This document shows, one piece after another, positions 9,409 to 19,002 of a DNA stretch of 58,167 nucleotides. The position numbers were made by a program, and so were the translations under genes. Source of the stretch: Candidatus Enterousia sp. (lineage in GTDB: Bacteria > Pseudomonadota > Alphaproteobacteria > Rs-D84); the NCBI GenBank assembly GCA_045645725.1, contig JAZRJG010000022.1, positions 1 to 58,167 of the forward strand, given 5' to 3'. Under the pieces are notes generated by a model, which saw nothing but the letters and a program-made list of their open reading frames with translations, was not told the origin of the DNA and made no database searches. Each line of letters opens with the position of its first letter. Positions within the stretch are counted from its first letter, which is position 1.

Positions 9409-10640
9409 AATGTTCCCCCCGATACTGTTTCCATTGCGGTCATTTGGGCAATTGGTGCAATGTATTTTAATTCTGCATCACTGTTTAATTTAATACGCGG
9501 TATCAGACCACGACGCGCCAATATCTGTAACCCACGGTCGCACAGCGGACGGATGAATTCATGCAACAATCGTCCATAGGTCGCGCCCAATATACGCATC
9601 ATATCCGCATTACGTGCCATAATTTCCGTGGCAGTCATTTCTTTTTCACTTAACAATCCCAACCTGTCTGCCAATAACGTATGACGAATCCTGTCGCGTA
9701 AATCGGTTAAAATTATTTGCGACACATCAAAATTCGCCCCCGACGCCAATGGTGTTAAGCCCGACGATCCGATGGCTTTTGGTATAATTGCCCCAGGGGT
9801 CAGATTAATATTATTCAAATTTATAACCCCGTCATCGTCGGCTTGCCATATTCCGGAAACAGCAATCGTTGCGTTTTTTAATACCAATTCCACAACTTTG
9901 TTTGCCGTTTTAATATCCGGTAACGCACGCATAACCGGACCACGACCGTATAATTCACCGCTGATTACAGACCAACGAAAGATTATGTATGGATTTGTTT
10001 CAAATGTGCCGGTTGAAACAATGTTGTTTTCCAGTTCACCATCCGTATCAATCCAAGCAGTAAAATCTGTACCAACCAAACTTTGAACCAATGTTAATGG
10101 TGTTTCGGGGTCGCGATGAATCACATCGCGCAATGAAGTCGGCGGCGTCCACGTCGGATAACGTGACATAACTTCGCGCGCCGGCATCGATGTGGTATGA
10201 AATACTGCATTTGGTAATATGGCAATATCTGACATTGGGATTGCCGTAAAATTAAATGCGGACGACGATCCAATTGGAGTTTCAGACATAAATAAACACG
10301 CCGTTCCCAATACCACCAAGTCCATGTAACACTGATGTATCGTGGTGTAAAAATTAGAATCATTCAAGTGCGAACGCAATATATGTGTCGCCATATCAGA
10401 GTCAGGTGATGACACACTTTCGGGAATCAGCGTTAACCACAAAGATTCAGGTGGCGTCATCAATGTGTAAATAGATGCCGCCAGATTATCTGCAGCATCC
10501 GATGCCGTCGCGTCATACAATGTCGCAATGTCATCGTCCGCCGTCGGCATAGCATACCGACGCGCCGATTCCCAACGCGAAAGCCACGGCGCGCGCATAT
10601 CCAACGCACGTTTGTATAATGTTTTTAAATTATTTTGCAT
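9405..10640 (-). CDS. Podovirus head-tail connector (portal), T7 gp8/Bbp21-like, 411 aa
   Basis: YDATASDAADNLAAS, DLVVLGTACL, PYIIFRWSVISGELYGRGPVMRALPDIK, MTATEI motifs. Confidence 0.9.
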   Translation of the reverse strand: MQNNLKTLYKRALDMRAPWLSRWESARRYAMPTADDDIATLYDATASDAADNLAASIYTLMTPPESLWLTLIPESVSSPDSDMATHILRSHLNDSNFYTTIHQCYMDLVVLGTACLFMSETPIGSSSAFNFTAIPMSDIAILPNAVFHTTSMPAREVMSRYPTWTPPTSLRDVIHRDPETPLTLVQSLVGTDFTAWIDTDGELENNIVSTGTFETNPYIIFRWSVISGELYGRGPVMRALPDIKTANKVVELVLKNATIAVSGIWQADDDGVINLNNINLTPGAIIPKAIGSSGLTPLASGANFDVSQIILTDLRDRIRHTLLADRLGLLSEKEMTATEIMARNADMMRILGATYGRLLHEFIRPLCDRGLQILARRGLIPRIKLNSDAELKYIAPIAQMTAMETVSGGTL

Positions 10641-10681
10641 TTTGTTTCCTTTTGTTAAAAACAGGTTATAGGTATAGTTTT

Positions 10682-11521
10682 CTAAACCGAAAAATTTGTG
10701 TTGGCGCAAAAGCGTTGAGGCAAACGGTTGGACGGATATACCGGTACGGGTATTTGCGCAATTGCACCCGCCACCGCATCCAATCCATCATCATGCCCCA
10801 CCCCACCAATCGGTGACCAACCCAACATTTCCGACATCAATGGTGTTTGTTGGGTACGCATATGGGCATACAAACGCCCCGTCGATAATAATGGTTCGAT
10901 GGCATTTAATATGCGATCGGACTTTGATGCATTGTTTGTCACCCTGTGCACATATATGTTCATGGCGCGGCGGTTTGCACAATCACGCATAATTTCCGGC
11001 AGACCACCACCAATACCATTTGTTTCAATTGTTATGCGACGCAGGTTTCGCACATGCATAAAATCCAATATTTGTTCACATTGATTGGATAAAGGATACG
11101 CTTCGTTATCCGACACGGTCAGATATAATATATCGTGGATAAAGACACTATGATTCTTATCATCACGATACAGCAAGACGCAGGCGCTGCCGTCACGATT
11201 ACGACGACCGGTGGACGGATCCCAATACAAAACAGAACCTGTTATAATCGCGTCACCCAATCGGGCGTTACGCACATTAAATTCGTCTGAATAAAAATGC
11301 AGTGCACCGGGGTCCAACCTTATGCGTTCGGGCGAAACAAAATCCAACATCATCTGGGCGGAAAAAGCACGCAGCCCCACCGTTTGACGCATATGTTCAA
11401 TACGTTCAGGCGGAAATAATTCCGGCCACGCAGATTGACCATCCGTATTAACCAACGGAATTTTCAGGGTTTTATACCCAGACAAAAAAGGCGTTGAAAA
11501 TGGATTTTTTTTATATACCAT
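10682..11521 (-). CDS. Terminase large subunit, C-terminal RNase H-fold nuclease half
   Basis: SAWPELFP...FSAQMML, YWDPS, IETNG, HDDGLDAVAGA; start taken at ATG 11521 (alternative 11545). Confidence 0.85.
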   Translation of the reverse strand: MVYKKNPFSTPFLSGYKTLKIPLVNTDGQSAWPELFPPERIEHMRQTVGLRAFSAQMMLDFVSPERIRLDPGALHFYSDEFNVRNARLGDAIITGSVLYWDPSTGRRNRDGSACVLLYRDDKNHSVFIHDILYLTVSDNEAYPLSNQCEQILDFMHVRNLRRITIETNGIGGGLPEIMRDCANRRAMNIYVHRVTNNASKSDRILNAIEPLLSTGRLYAHMRTQQTPLMSEMLGWSPIGGVGHDDGLDAVAGAIAQIPVPVYPSNRLPQRFCANTNFSV

Positions 11522-11543
11522 TGAACCAAAGAAGGATTGTGAC

Positions 11544-13109
11544 ATGGATTTTACCCCTAAAACTTTACCGACCAATTTAGAAGCCGAACAGGCCGTATTA
11601 GCCGCTGTGTTAATGAATAACCGTGCGCTGGAACGTGTGGCGGAATTTTTGCGGTCGGAACATTTTTCACATCCTGCACACCAAGAAATGTTTAAGTTAG
11701 CCGAACGTCAATTTGCCGCCGGCATACCATTTGATATTATTACGGCAAAAAACTATTTAGACCAACAAGGCGTGTTGGAATCGGTCGGTGGTGTTGAATA
11801 TTTAACCAAGTTATCCGGCGCAGGCGCAACCGTCGTTAACGTCGAACAATATGGACGTATCGTTTATGAAAACGCATTGCGTCGCGACTTGATTGCATTG
11901 GGCCAAGACATTATGGACAAGGCCTTTGTCGAAGATTTGGATTCGCCCGTCACACGCCAAATTGAAATCGCCGAACAAAAACTGTTCGATATGGCAACAA
12001 CTGGTTCGTCCGAACGTGAAGTAACATCTATTTCAACCGCGTTACAGACCGCATTGGCCGAAGCAGAAATCGCATACAAAGCCGATGGACAATTATCGGG
12101 TTTAACCACCGGATTGGACGCATTGGATAAATCTATCAGTGGTTTACACCATTCGGACTTAATCATCATTGCAGGTCGTCCGGCGATGGGTAAAACAACG
12201 TTGGCAATGAATATCGCTTTTAATGCGGCAAATGCAATTGCGTACGGTCGCGCAAATCAAAACTATAAAGGCGCAGTGGTGTTTTTCAGTTTGGAAATGT
12301 CTGCGTCCCAATTGGCGGCGCGTGTTCTGTCATCGCAATCAAAAGTACCGGCGTGGGCAATGCGTGAAGGAAATTTGACAGACGAGGACTTTTTGAAAAT
12401 GAGCCAATATTCCGCCGCAATTGGCAAAGTTCCGTTGTTCATTGATGACACGCCGGGGATGTCCGTTCCAATGATGCGCACACGTGCACGCAGATTGGCG
12501 CGCAAACACGGTGGCATCGCGTTAATCGTCGTGGACTATTTACAGTTGATGACATCGCCGGGGGGCAAACACAGCGACAACCGCGTACAAGAAATTTCCG
12601 AAATTACACGTGGTTTGAAAATGTTGGCCAAAGAATTAGATGTGCCGGTGATTTCCCTGTCCCAGTTATCACGTAGCGTTGAATCACGTGATGATAAACG
12701 ACCAATGTTGTCGGACTTGCGTGAATCTGGATCTATTGAACAGGACGCCGACATTGTTATGTTCACGTATCGTGAAGAGTATTATCTGCAAAATCGCGAT
12801 CCGTCGGAAAGATTGTCAAACACCACCAACAATAATATGGTCGAATCATGGCAAAAACGTTTGGAACGCGCACGTGGCAAAGCAGATATCATCATTGGCA
12901 AAAACCGTCACGGCCGCCCAGAAACCGTACGAACCGCGTTCTTTGGCGATTACAGTTTGTTCGATAATTTGGATGAAATGGAGGCGCGCGGCGAAAGCGA
13001 ATACGCACAGCCCGCACCAACAATCACCGCAGCATCATTGGGGCCAGATCCCGAATTTGAACCAACGGCCATTGACCCAGATGCAATCCCAGATGATTTG
13101 CCATTGTAA
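11544..13109 (+). CDS. dnaB: Replicative DNA helicase (host type)
   Basis: P-N-EAEQAVL N-terminus, AGRPAMGKT, FFSLEMS, VVDYLQL, SQLSR, SDLRESGSIEQDAD, YREEYYL, KNRHG. Confidence 0.97.
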   Translation: MDFTPKTLPTNLEAEQAVLAAVLMNNRALERVAEFLRSEHFSHPAHQEMFKLAERQFAAGIPFDIITAKNYLDQQGVLESVGGVEYLTKLSGAGATVVNVEQYGRIVYENALRRDLIALGQDIMDKAFVEDLDSPVTRQIEIAEQKLFDMATTGSSEREVTSISTALQTALAEAEIAYKADGQLSGLTTGLDALDKSISGLHHSDLIIIAGRPAMGKTTLAMNIAFNAANAIAYGRANQNYKGAVVFFSLEMSASQLAARVLSSQSKVPAWAMREGNLTDEDFLKMSQYSAAIGKVPLFIDDTPGMSVPMMRTRARRLARKHGGIALIVVDYLQLMTSPGGKHSDNRVQEISEITRGLKMLAKELDVPVISLSQLSRSVESRDDKRPMLSDLRESGSIEQDADIVMFTYREEYYLQNRDPSERLSNTTNNNMVESWQKRLERARGKADIIIGKNRHGRPETVRTAFFGDYSLFDNLDEMEARGESEYAQPAPTITAASLGPDPEFEPTAIDPDAIPDDLPL

Positions 13110-13202
13110 TCAACGTTGATTTTTGTGTAATAATTTACTTGCGCTGACAACTAAAATTGACTATCATTTTGTCAAGTAATATTCATTTTTAGGAGTTTAC
13201 AA

Positions 13203-14210
13203 ATGGCCCAAGAAGAAATTATCTTTCCAAATAATATTCGTAACATTCGTTTGGCAGCCGGTATGAAAATGACCGAATTGGCGCGTCGTGCAGGTTTGTC
13301 TTTGTCCGCCGTGTCAAAAATAGAGAAAGGCGTTCGCAGATTAAACCAAAAACAGCTGTTGAACATCTGTAACATCTTGGGTTGTAAATTGTCCGATATC
13401 TTTATCAAAGAATCCGACGATGTCGCAAATCAATGGCAATCGGAAATCAAACGCCGTATGAACGACAATGAAGACAGCGGATTAAAAATCTTTGGCAGCG
13501 GATTGCGCAAAATCCGCCAACAATCCGGCAAAACCATTGCCCAGGCCGCAAAACAAGCCGGTATGACATTGTCCGTATATCATAAAATCGAAGTTGGCCA
13601 ACGCGAAATCTATAAAAATGAAATCGAACCTTTGGCGGAATCATTTGCAATGAAGGCCGAAGATTTATTCGCAAAAATTGCAAACCTGTATAAGTCAGGT
13701 GAATTAAACAAACAAATCAACAAGGTAAAAGAACGCGTTAAATCCGTTCTGGAACCCGGGAACCCACTGTCCGGAATCGACGTCAATGGCAGTTTGTATG
13801 GCGCAAAATTATATGACAGCGCACGTAAAAAATTAATCCCTGTGTTCGGTACACCAAATGGCAAAGCAATCGCTTTGAAAAAATCCGATAAAAATATGAT
13901 TGTTGCACCCATCGCATTAGAAGGCAAAAATGGAATCTATGCCGTTATGCCAAACGTCAAAAGATTGGGTGGTATGTTACCGGAAAAATCATATATATTG
14001 GCCGACGCTTTGACACCGGCATCCGTGGGCGATATGGCCGTTTGCATGGACGTGGACTTTGATGCCGTCGACACAGAAGAATCTGTTACCGCACAGGTCG
14101 CCATGATTAAACAAGACGCCAAAGGCAAAGTTTATGCGCAAATATCGGGACCAGATGAAAAAATTACTCCGGTTACCGCACACAAAGTTATCATGATCGT
14201 TATGGAATAA
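13203..14210 (+). CDS. XRE-family regulator with two HTH domains and a C-terminal domain
   Basis: IRNIRLAAGMKMTELARRAGLSLSAVSKIEKG and LRKIRQQSGKTIAQAAKQAGMTLSVYHKIEVGQR. Confidence 0.85.
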   Translation: MAQEEIIFPNNIRNIRLAAGMKMTELARRAGLSLSAVSKIEKGVRRLNQKQLLNICNILGCKLSDIFIKESDDVANQWQSEIKRRMNDNEDSGLKIFGSGLRKIRQQSGKTIAQAAKQAGMTLSVYHKIEVGQREIYKNEIEPLAESFAMKAEDLFAKIANLYKSGELNKQINKVKERVKSVLEPGNPLSGIDVNGSLYGAKLYDSARKKLIPVFGTPNGKAIALKKSDKNMIVAPIALEGKNGIYAVMPNVKRLGGMLPEKSYILADALTPASVGDMAVCMDVDFDAVDTEESVTAQVAMIKQDAKGKVYAQISGPDEKITPVTAHKVIMIVME

Positions 14211-14238
14211 CATAACCGCCCAGCAGGAGAGAGAAAAC

Positions 14239-14877
14239 ATGAAAGCAAAAGCCAGCGCAACCGCATTAAAGTTGATAAACCTGTACCGCCAAGAACACGT
14301 TATCGTTGGCGGTTGGGCGGCATTAAACCCCATTTTCTTGCACGAAGCAACAAATGATGTGTTGGCCGAGATGTCAAACTTGCCCAATGGTCGAAAATTG
14401 GCCCAACATATTCAAAACCTGCGCAGTGGTGTTACAAAAATGGATTCTGTTGAACGCGAATTGTTGCCATATGGTGGCGCAATGGCCGATACGATTACAT
14501 CCGTTAAGCTGACCAATGAACAATGGCACGAATTGGCAAATGGAATCGCCAAATTTACCCCAGACCAACAAGGTTTGGACATGATTCAATCTTTGAACGT
14601 GGTAAAAATGCATGGTGCAGAATGGCCAATCGCAATTAAAAACGCATTGACCACCAGACCAGATTTGCAAAACAAATGGAATGCCGTCATACAAACATAT
14701 AACGCGTACAGAATATGGGACAGCGCAAATGAAATTGTGTCCAACCCTTTGACCGAACGTATATGCGCCCAAGTTCAAGCAGACATACCAGAATATGAAA
14801 CATATTTGCCTATGTTTGGCGATACAGGCGAAGAGTTATTAAAACGTTTAAGAACCTGTATCAGCACAGCAGAATGA
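14239..14877 (+). CDS. Hypothetical protein (212 aa)
   Basis: AGGAG SD, host-like codon use; 3' end overlaps the terminase ATPase gene by 30 nt. Confidence 0.75.
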   Translation: MKAKASATALKLINLYRQEHVIVGGWAALNPIFLHEATNDVLAEMSNLPNGRKLAQHIQNLRSGVTKMDSVERELLPYGGAMADTITSVKLTNEQWHELANGIAKFTPDQQGLDMIQSLNVVKMHGAEWPIAIKNALTTRPDLQNKWNAVIQTYNAYRIWDSANEIVSNPLTERICAQVQADIPEYETYLPMFGDTGEELLKRLRTCISTAE

Positions 14878-15492
14878 ATCTGCGGTTGTGTCATCCGACG
14901 TACGATATATGGTATCCACAGTATGGGGCGTGCCAATATAAATCATACAGCCCGTTGGCGATAAAATAAAATCCAATTCCCGTAATCGTTCACGTAAATC
15001 TGTGCGTTTGCGCAATGTGTTTGATGTGTTTGGGACTTCTATGTCGTCACATATAATTAAATCGGCGCGCATACCGGTTATGTTTCCATGTACGCCTTGG
15101 CATATAACCGACGGTTCGCGAATGCCAATCGGTCGATTTATAGTGATACGGTTTGATGCCCACTGTTTACGATTTTTGGGAATCAAATCTGTGCACCATG
15201 GATGATTTTCCAATATATGACGAATATGTTCAACCATACGCGACGCCAAAGTAGTTTCAGCAGACAAAATTAAAATCCGCGTCGTTGGATATAAATACAA
15301 TATACACGCCGCAAATATTCCGACAACTGTCGATTTGCCCGAATGACGAAATGCCATTAATAAACCACGGTGTGGGGATTCGTTCCATATGCCTACTAAA
15401 AATTCCATAATTCGTCGGTGATGTGCGGGCGTTTTATAACCCAAAACACGATTCCATTCGTCCAAAAAACTATAAAATTCCATAGTCATCAC
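14848..15492 (-). CDS. Terminase large subunit, N-terminal ATPase half
   Basis: Walker A AFRHSGKST, GNITGMRADLIICDDIE (Walker B), coupling motif IYIGTPH, then a stop; start approximate (15492 or 15486). Confidence 0.88.
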   Translation of the reverse strand: MMTMEFYSFLDEWNRVLGYKTPAHHRRIMEFLVGIWNESPHRGLLMAFRHSGKSTVVGIFAACILYLYPTTRILILSAETTLASRMVEHIRHILENHPWCTDLIPKNRKQWASNRITINRPIGIREPSVICQGVHGNITGMRADLIICDDIEVPNTSNTLRKRTDLRERLRELDFILSPTGCMIYIGTPHTVDTIYRTSDDTTADSFCCADTGS

Positions 15493-16021
15493 GATTCTGG
15501 GCGGGCGGCATATCCGATATATAACCATAGTCATTTATCAAAGTGGGTAAAGCAGCATCCAACACCATCAACAAATTACGATACAACCCCAAAACACCAC
15601 CGCCCGACATTTTGTCTGAAATCAAATTTAATGTATAATCTATTAACGATTTAATTTCATCGTGTCGGTTCGACCATTCGGCCGTATCCAATTCAACAGA
15701 ACGCAAATCTTGGAACGCAGCCAATAAAAAATTAAAGTCCGAATTCAAATGTTCTATATCCAGCGGTTGGGTGGGTTGATAATCAATTACACGCGACAAA
15801 GATATTTGCCGAAAAATGTCCATTTCAACCCCCAATCGTGGAGGCGTGTCAAACACAACCATCCCGCCTGAAAAATCGTCGTTTGGCACAATTGAAAAAT
15901 TATATTCCGCATCATCTATAACGCCATCAATGGACACACGTACATCCAATGGTTGAAAAAACGGAAAGGCAAACGGAAACTCGGTCGTTGTGCCATCTGT
16001 GACATATGATATTTTATACAT
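15470..16021 (-). CDS. T7 gp17-like tail-fibre N-terminal adaptor protein (short, 183 aa)
   Basis: YVTDGTTTEFPFAFPFFQPLDVRV...LNSDFN pattern; C-terminal DYG repeats. Confidence 0.7.
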   Translation of the reverse strand: MYKISYVTDGTTTEFPFAFPFFQPLDVRVSIDGVIDDAEYNFSIVPNDDFSGGMVVFDTPPRLGVEMDIFRQISLSRVIDYQPTQPLDIEHLNSDFNFLLAAFQDLRSVELDTAEWSNRHDEIKSLIDYTLNLISDKMSGGGVLGLYRNLLMVLDAALPTLINDYGYISDMPPAQNRDDYGIL

Positions 16022-16036
16022 AGTTGTCCCCACAGT

Positions 16037-16384
16037 TTATATATTTAATTCATCCAATCTGTCCAACCATTTCTTTAAGATATTAGGTTTAGACACTTTG
16101 ATTTCTTTTAATTTTCTGGTATTTGATTTGCGTTTTTCGTCATATGGCGCAACCGTTTCGGCCCGTAACCGACGCAATACCGCACCGGCGGTTACACCGT
16201 CGTTTGAAACCCCAGACGCACCGTATTTCGCACGTTGTGTTGCCAAGACCTTTTGCAGCAGGTTTGTTTTTTCTGCTTCATCCGCAGCCATTTGTGCCAA
16301 GATTTCTTGGCGTTGGTTTTTGGCCACCTTTTTGTCTTGCCTGTAATTCAAAACGTCTGTGACGTCTGATACTAATTGTCCCAT
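16037..16384 (-). CDS. Small internal-virion-like protein
   Basis: LATQRAKYGASGV motif and position after tail tubular B. Confidence 0.55.
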   Translation of the reverse strand: MGQLVSDVTDVLNYRQDKKVAKNQRQEILAQMAADEAEKTNLLQKVLATQRAKYGASGVSNDGVTAGAVLRRLRAETVAPYDEKRKSNTRKLKEIKVSKPNILKKWLDRLDELNI

Positions 16385-16423
16385 GATATATCCTTTCTGT
16401 TGATAAATTGTGATTATTAATAT

Positions 16424-18139
16424 TTATGCGTCATATGAACCATACGTGGTGACCGATAATATTGTTACAGGTTTGGAATCGGTACCATGCAATGTCCACA
16501 AAGGCACAATCGAATCTGTCGTGGTCCCCAGCAAACCAACCGACACATCGCCAGAGTAGCCCGCACTGTCATTTGATTGAACCGAATTTGGCAAAACAAT
16601 ACGATGATTGTTAATTGATAATGACTTTGTGTTTGATATTCGCGCGGTTACTTTGCGGATACGTTGTCTGCGTGCATTATGATGCCCAATGCGCAATGGC
16701 AATCCCGATGCCACAAATGAAAATGGATACCCCGCCCCGTCGCACAGTGTGTCATAATCAAAACATTCTAAAAATACTTGGTTATGCCGGCGAACCAATA
16801 CATAGGTTTTGCCACCACACACACCAACAGATAAAAATTCACCGGCGGTCGTATATTGGCCCCATGCCGATATGCCCAAAGACGAATTGTAATTTAATAC
16901 CGCCATTGCACCATCTGAACGCACAACAAATAATTGACGCACTGTGTCGTTATACGCAATATCCACCGGTGAAAACAACAAATGCTTGGACATTGGACAC
17001 AGGTCTGTGGCGTTATAGCGTTCGCCAAAATCATCCAAAGCCAATTCACGAATATCAGAACCTGTGCGTGATATAAATACAGTAGAACCCTCTATGCATT
17101 GGGGTGGCAAATGTCGTGACGCAAACGATCCAACCGATGTATGTTGACGTATATCGATTGAAGATGGGGTTAACGGAACAGTTGATATAGCCCATTCCCC
17201 AACATTGGTTAATATTTGCAGACCATCACTGCTGACCACGGTACAGATATGTTGGCGAACCTGTGACTGTAACGAAACAAATATTGCTTCATCATCCAAA
17301 CCGGTACCCGATGAAAAATCTGAGTGACGTCCAACATGCGACATCCATATGCCACATGGCCAGCCACGCGAACCACCAAACACCAATCTGTCTTGATGAA
17401 ATGTAATACTGTATGGCCAACCACGGCGTTTACCAAATGCACACTCGGTCCAATCGGCCACGGATTCAGACGGCAATGAATACGTACCATTGGTGTTGGC
17501 AACGATTTGGGTTGGACTGATGTATTCAACAATGACCCATTGACGCCCCAACAACTGTAAATAGTCGTCAACGCAATCGGGCGTCCAAAAATCTTGGTTG
17601 GTGGTAAATGTCGCAAAGTTATTACCCGTAGAATTTGCCGAAACAGATATTGTGATATTCGCAGAATCATCAAAGCGAACAAATGGCATATTCAAACTGA
17701 AATCCGTCGGATTGCGCGCAAAACCAAACGATTCTAAATAAAACAATCCGTTTTTATAACGTAAAATTTGTGGTCTGAAATCGGGATGCACAAATATAAT
17801 CGTATCAAAACGTTGGGCATATTGCATACACTGTATTTCATCCAACGTCCACGACGACAATACAGATTGATATCGCGTTCCATCACGATATATGTATATA
17901 TATCCGGCCTGTAACACAATCAGATATTCATGATTGTCCGATGTTGTAAATGGTATTAAACGTCCCGCACCACGTAATGTGTCAACCGTGCGCAACCCCG
18001 CCCTGCGTGTCAAACCACCGCCAGATAACACGTCCATATTTTCCAAGCGCGATAATCCATGTATATTATCCGATGAATAAAATTCGGGCGACACCGCGCC
18101 ATGCGCAAATGAATTTTGTGTCTTGATAAAATCTGTCAT
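16424..18139 (-). CDS. Tail tubular protein B / nozzle (T7 gp12, P22 gp10-like)
   Basis: QNSFAHGAVSP...LENMDVLSGGGLTRRAG, RGWPYSITFHQDRLVFGG, AW near the C-terminal beta region. Confidence 0.85.
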   Translation of the reverse strand: MTDFIKTQNSFAHGAVSPEFYSSDNIHGLSRLENMDVLSGGGLTRRAGLRTVDTLRGAGRLIPFTTSDNHEYLIVLQAGYIYIYRDGTRYQSVLSSWTLDEIQCMQYAQRFDTIIFVHPDFRPQILRYKNGLFYLESFGFARNPTDFSLNMPFVRFDDSANITISVSANSTGNNFATFTTNQDFWTPDCVDDYLQLLGRQWVIVEYISPTQIVANTNGTYSLPSESVADWTECAFGKRRGWPYSITFHQDRLVFGGSRGWPCGIWMSHVGRHSDFSSGTGLDDEAIFVSLQSQVRQHICTVVSSDGLQILTNVGEWAISTVPLTPSSIDIRQHTSVGSFASRHLPPQCIEGSTVFISRTGSDIRELALDDFGERYNATDLCPMSKHLLFSPVDIAYNDTVRQLFVVRSDGAMAVLNYNSSLGISAWGQYTTAGEFLSVGVCGGKTYVLVRRHNQVFLECFDYDTLCDGAGYPFSFVASGLPLRIGHHNARRQRIRKVTARISNTKSLSINNHRIVLPNSVQSNDSAGYSGDVSVGLLGTTTDSIVPLWTLHGTDSKPVTILSVTTYGSYDA

Positions 18140-18159
18140 TATATACCCCCAACAAAATT

Positions 18160-18678
18160 TTAATGACGAACATCGATTAAAGAAAATGACGCTATGCCAT
18201 TGTTCGGTGTGGTTGTGCTATCTATGAATTTAGATGTTTGTAATTCAGATTCATATAACGCAACCAATGTACGAAATACAGATTGATCGCCCAATAAAGG
18301 TACACAAAACTCCATCGCCAATCGCGTTGCGGCCAATGAAACAAAATAACTGGGGAACATTTCGGGACCAACACGCACGACCGCCAACACATCTGTGTGT
18401 TCTGTGTCAGATAAAACTTTATCACCCAATATATGGCCATCGGTTTTTATAATACGCAATACATTTGATGGAATTAAAAATTCACCATCGGCATTACGTG
18501 TCAAAGAAATCTGACGGGTTGCAAATCGCCACGGATGAACAGACAGCAAAGTATCCATCACAGAATCAAATAATACGCGCGATAACTTGGCCGCCGCTGT
18601 ATCATCAACCAACGATTGTATTGGTTGTTCACCCAACTTTAACAATGCCATAGAGCATAAATCTATTTTGGTAAGCAT
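18160..18678 (-). CDS. Tail tubular protein A / adaptor (T7 gp11-like)
   Basis: IDLCSMALLKLGEQPIQSL...HPWRFA...LATRLA-type pattern. Confidence 0.85.
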   Translation of the reverse strand: MLTKIDLCSMALLKLGEQPIQSLVDDTAAAKLSRVLFDSVMDTLLSVHPWRFATRQISLTRNADGEFLIPSNVLRIIKTDGHILGDKVLSDTEHTDVLAVVRVGPEMFPSYFVSLAATRLAMEFCVPLLGDQSVFRTLVALYESELQTSKFIDSTTTPNNGIASFSLIDVRH

Positions 18679-18749
18679 ATCCCCCCCATAAAAATTTAGT
18701 TAAATAAAAAACCGACAGCCAATCGGATGCCGGTTTTGTAATTTATATA

Positions 18750-18980
18750 TTAAGCCAATGATGCCGTCGTAACATTTAATTCGGTAATATTAATCTTTTT
18801 AATCGCCGTATTATCAGACGCATTAATCATCACAATATCACCAATATTCATCAATGTTTTTACATCGTTAAAATATCCGGTCGCAGTAATGGTTGCCAAT
18901 GTTTCCGATGCACTGTAATGCCATAAAGTAAATCCGTTTGCATATGCAATCACAGACAAATTTTTATTTTGAAATGCCAT
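18750..18980 (-). CDS. Small capsid-adjacent protein (possible decoration/cement protein)
   Basis: MAFQNKNLSVIAYANGFTLWHY...GYFN...GD pattern; directly downstream of the capsid gene; function inferred. Confidence 0.65.
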   Translation of the reverse strand: MAFQNKNLSVIAYANGFTLWHYSASETLATITATGYFNDVKTLMNIGDIVMINASDNTAIKKINITELNVTTASLA

Positions 18981-19002
18981 GTATATTACCCCTTTGGTTT
19001 AA

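Noticed and set aside
11544-13109. Phage-encoded helicase
   Set aside because: Full-length host-type DnaB with alphaproteobacterial YREEYYL insertion, opposite strand to the virion genes, no primase partner
11534-14896. Recombination sites for excising the dnaB block (GATTGTGACAT vs GGTTGTGTCAT)
   Set aside because: Only a short imperfect match and no recombinase in the window; not distinguishable from chance
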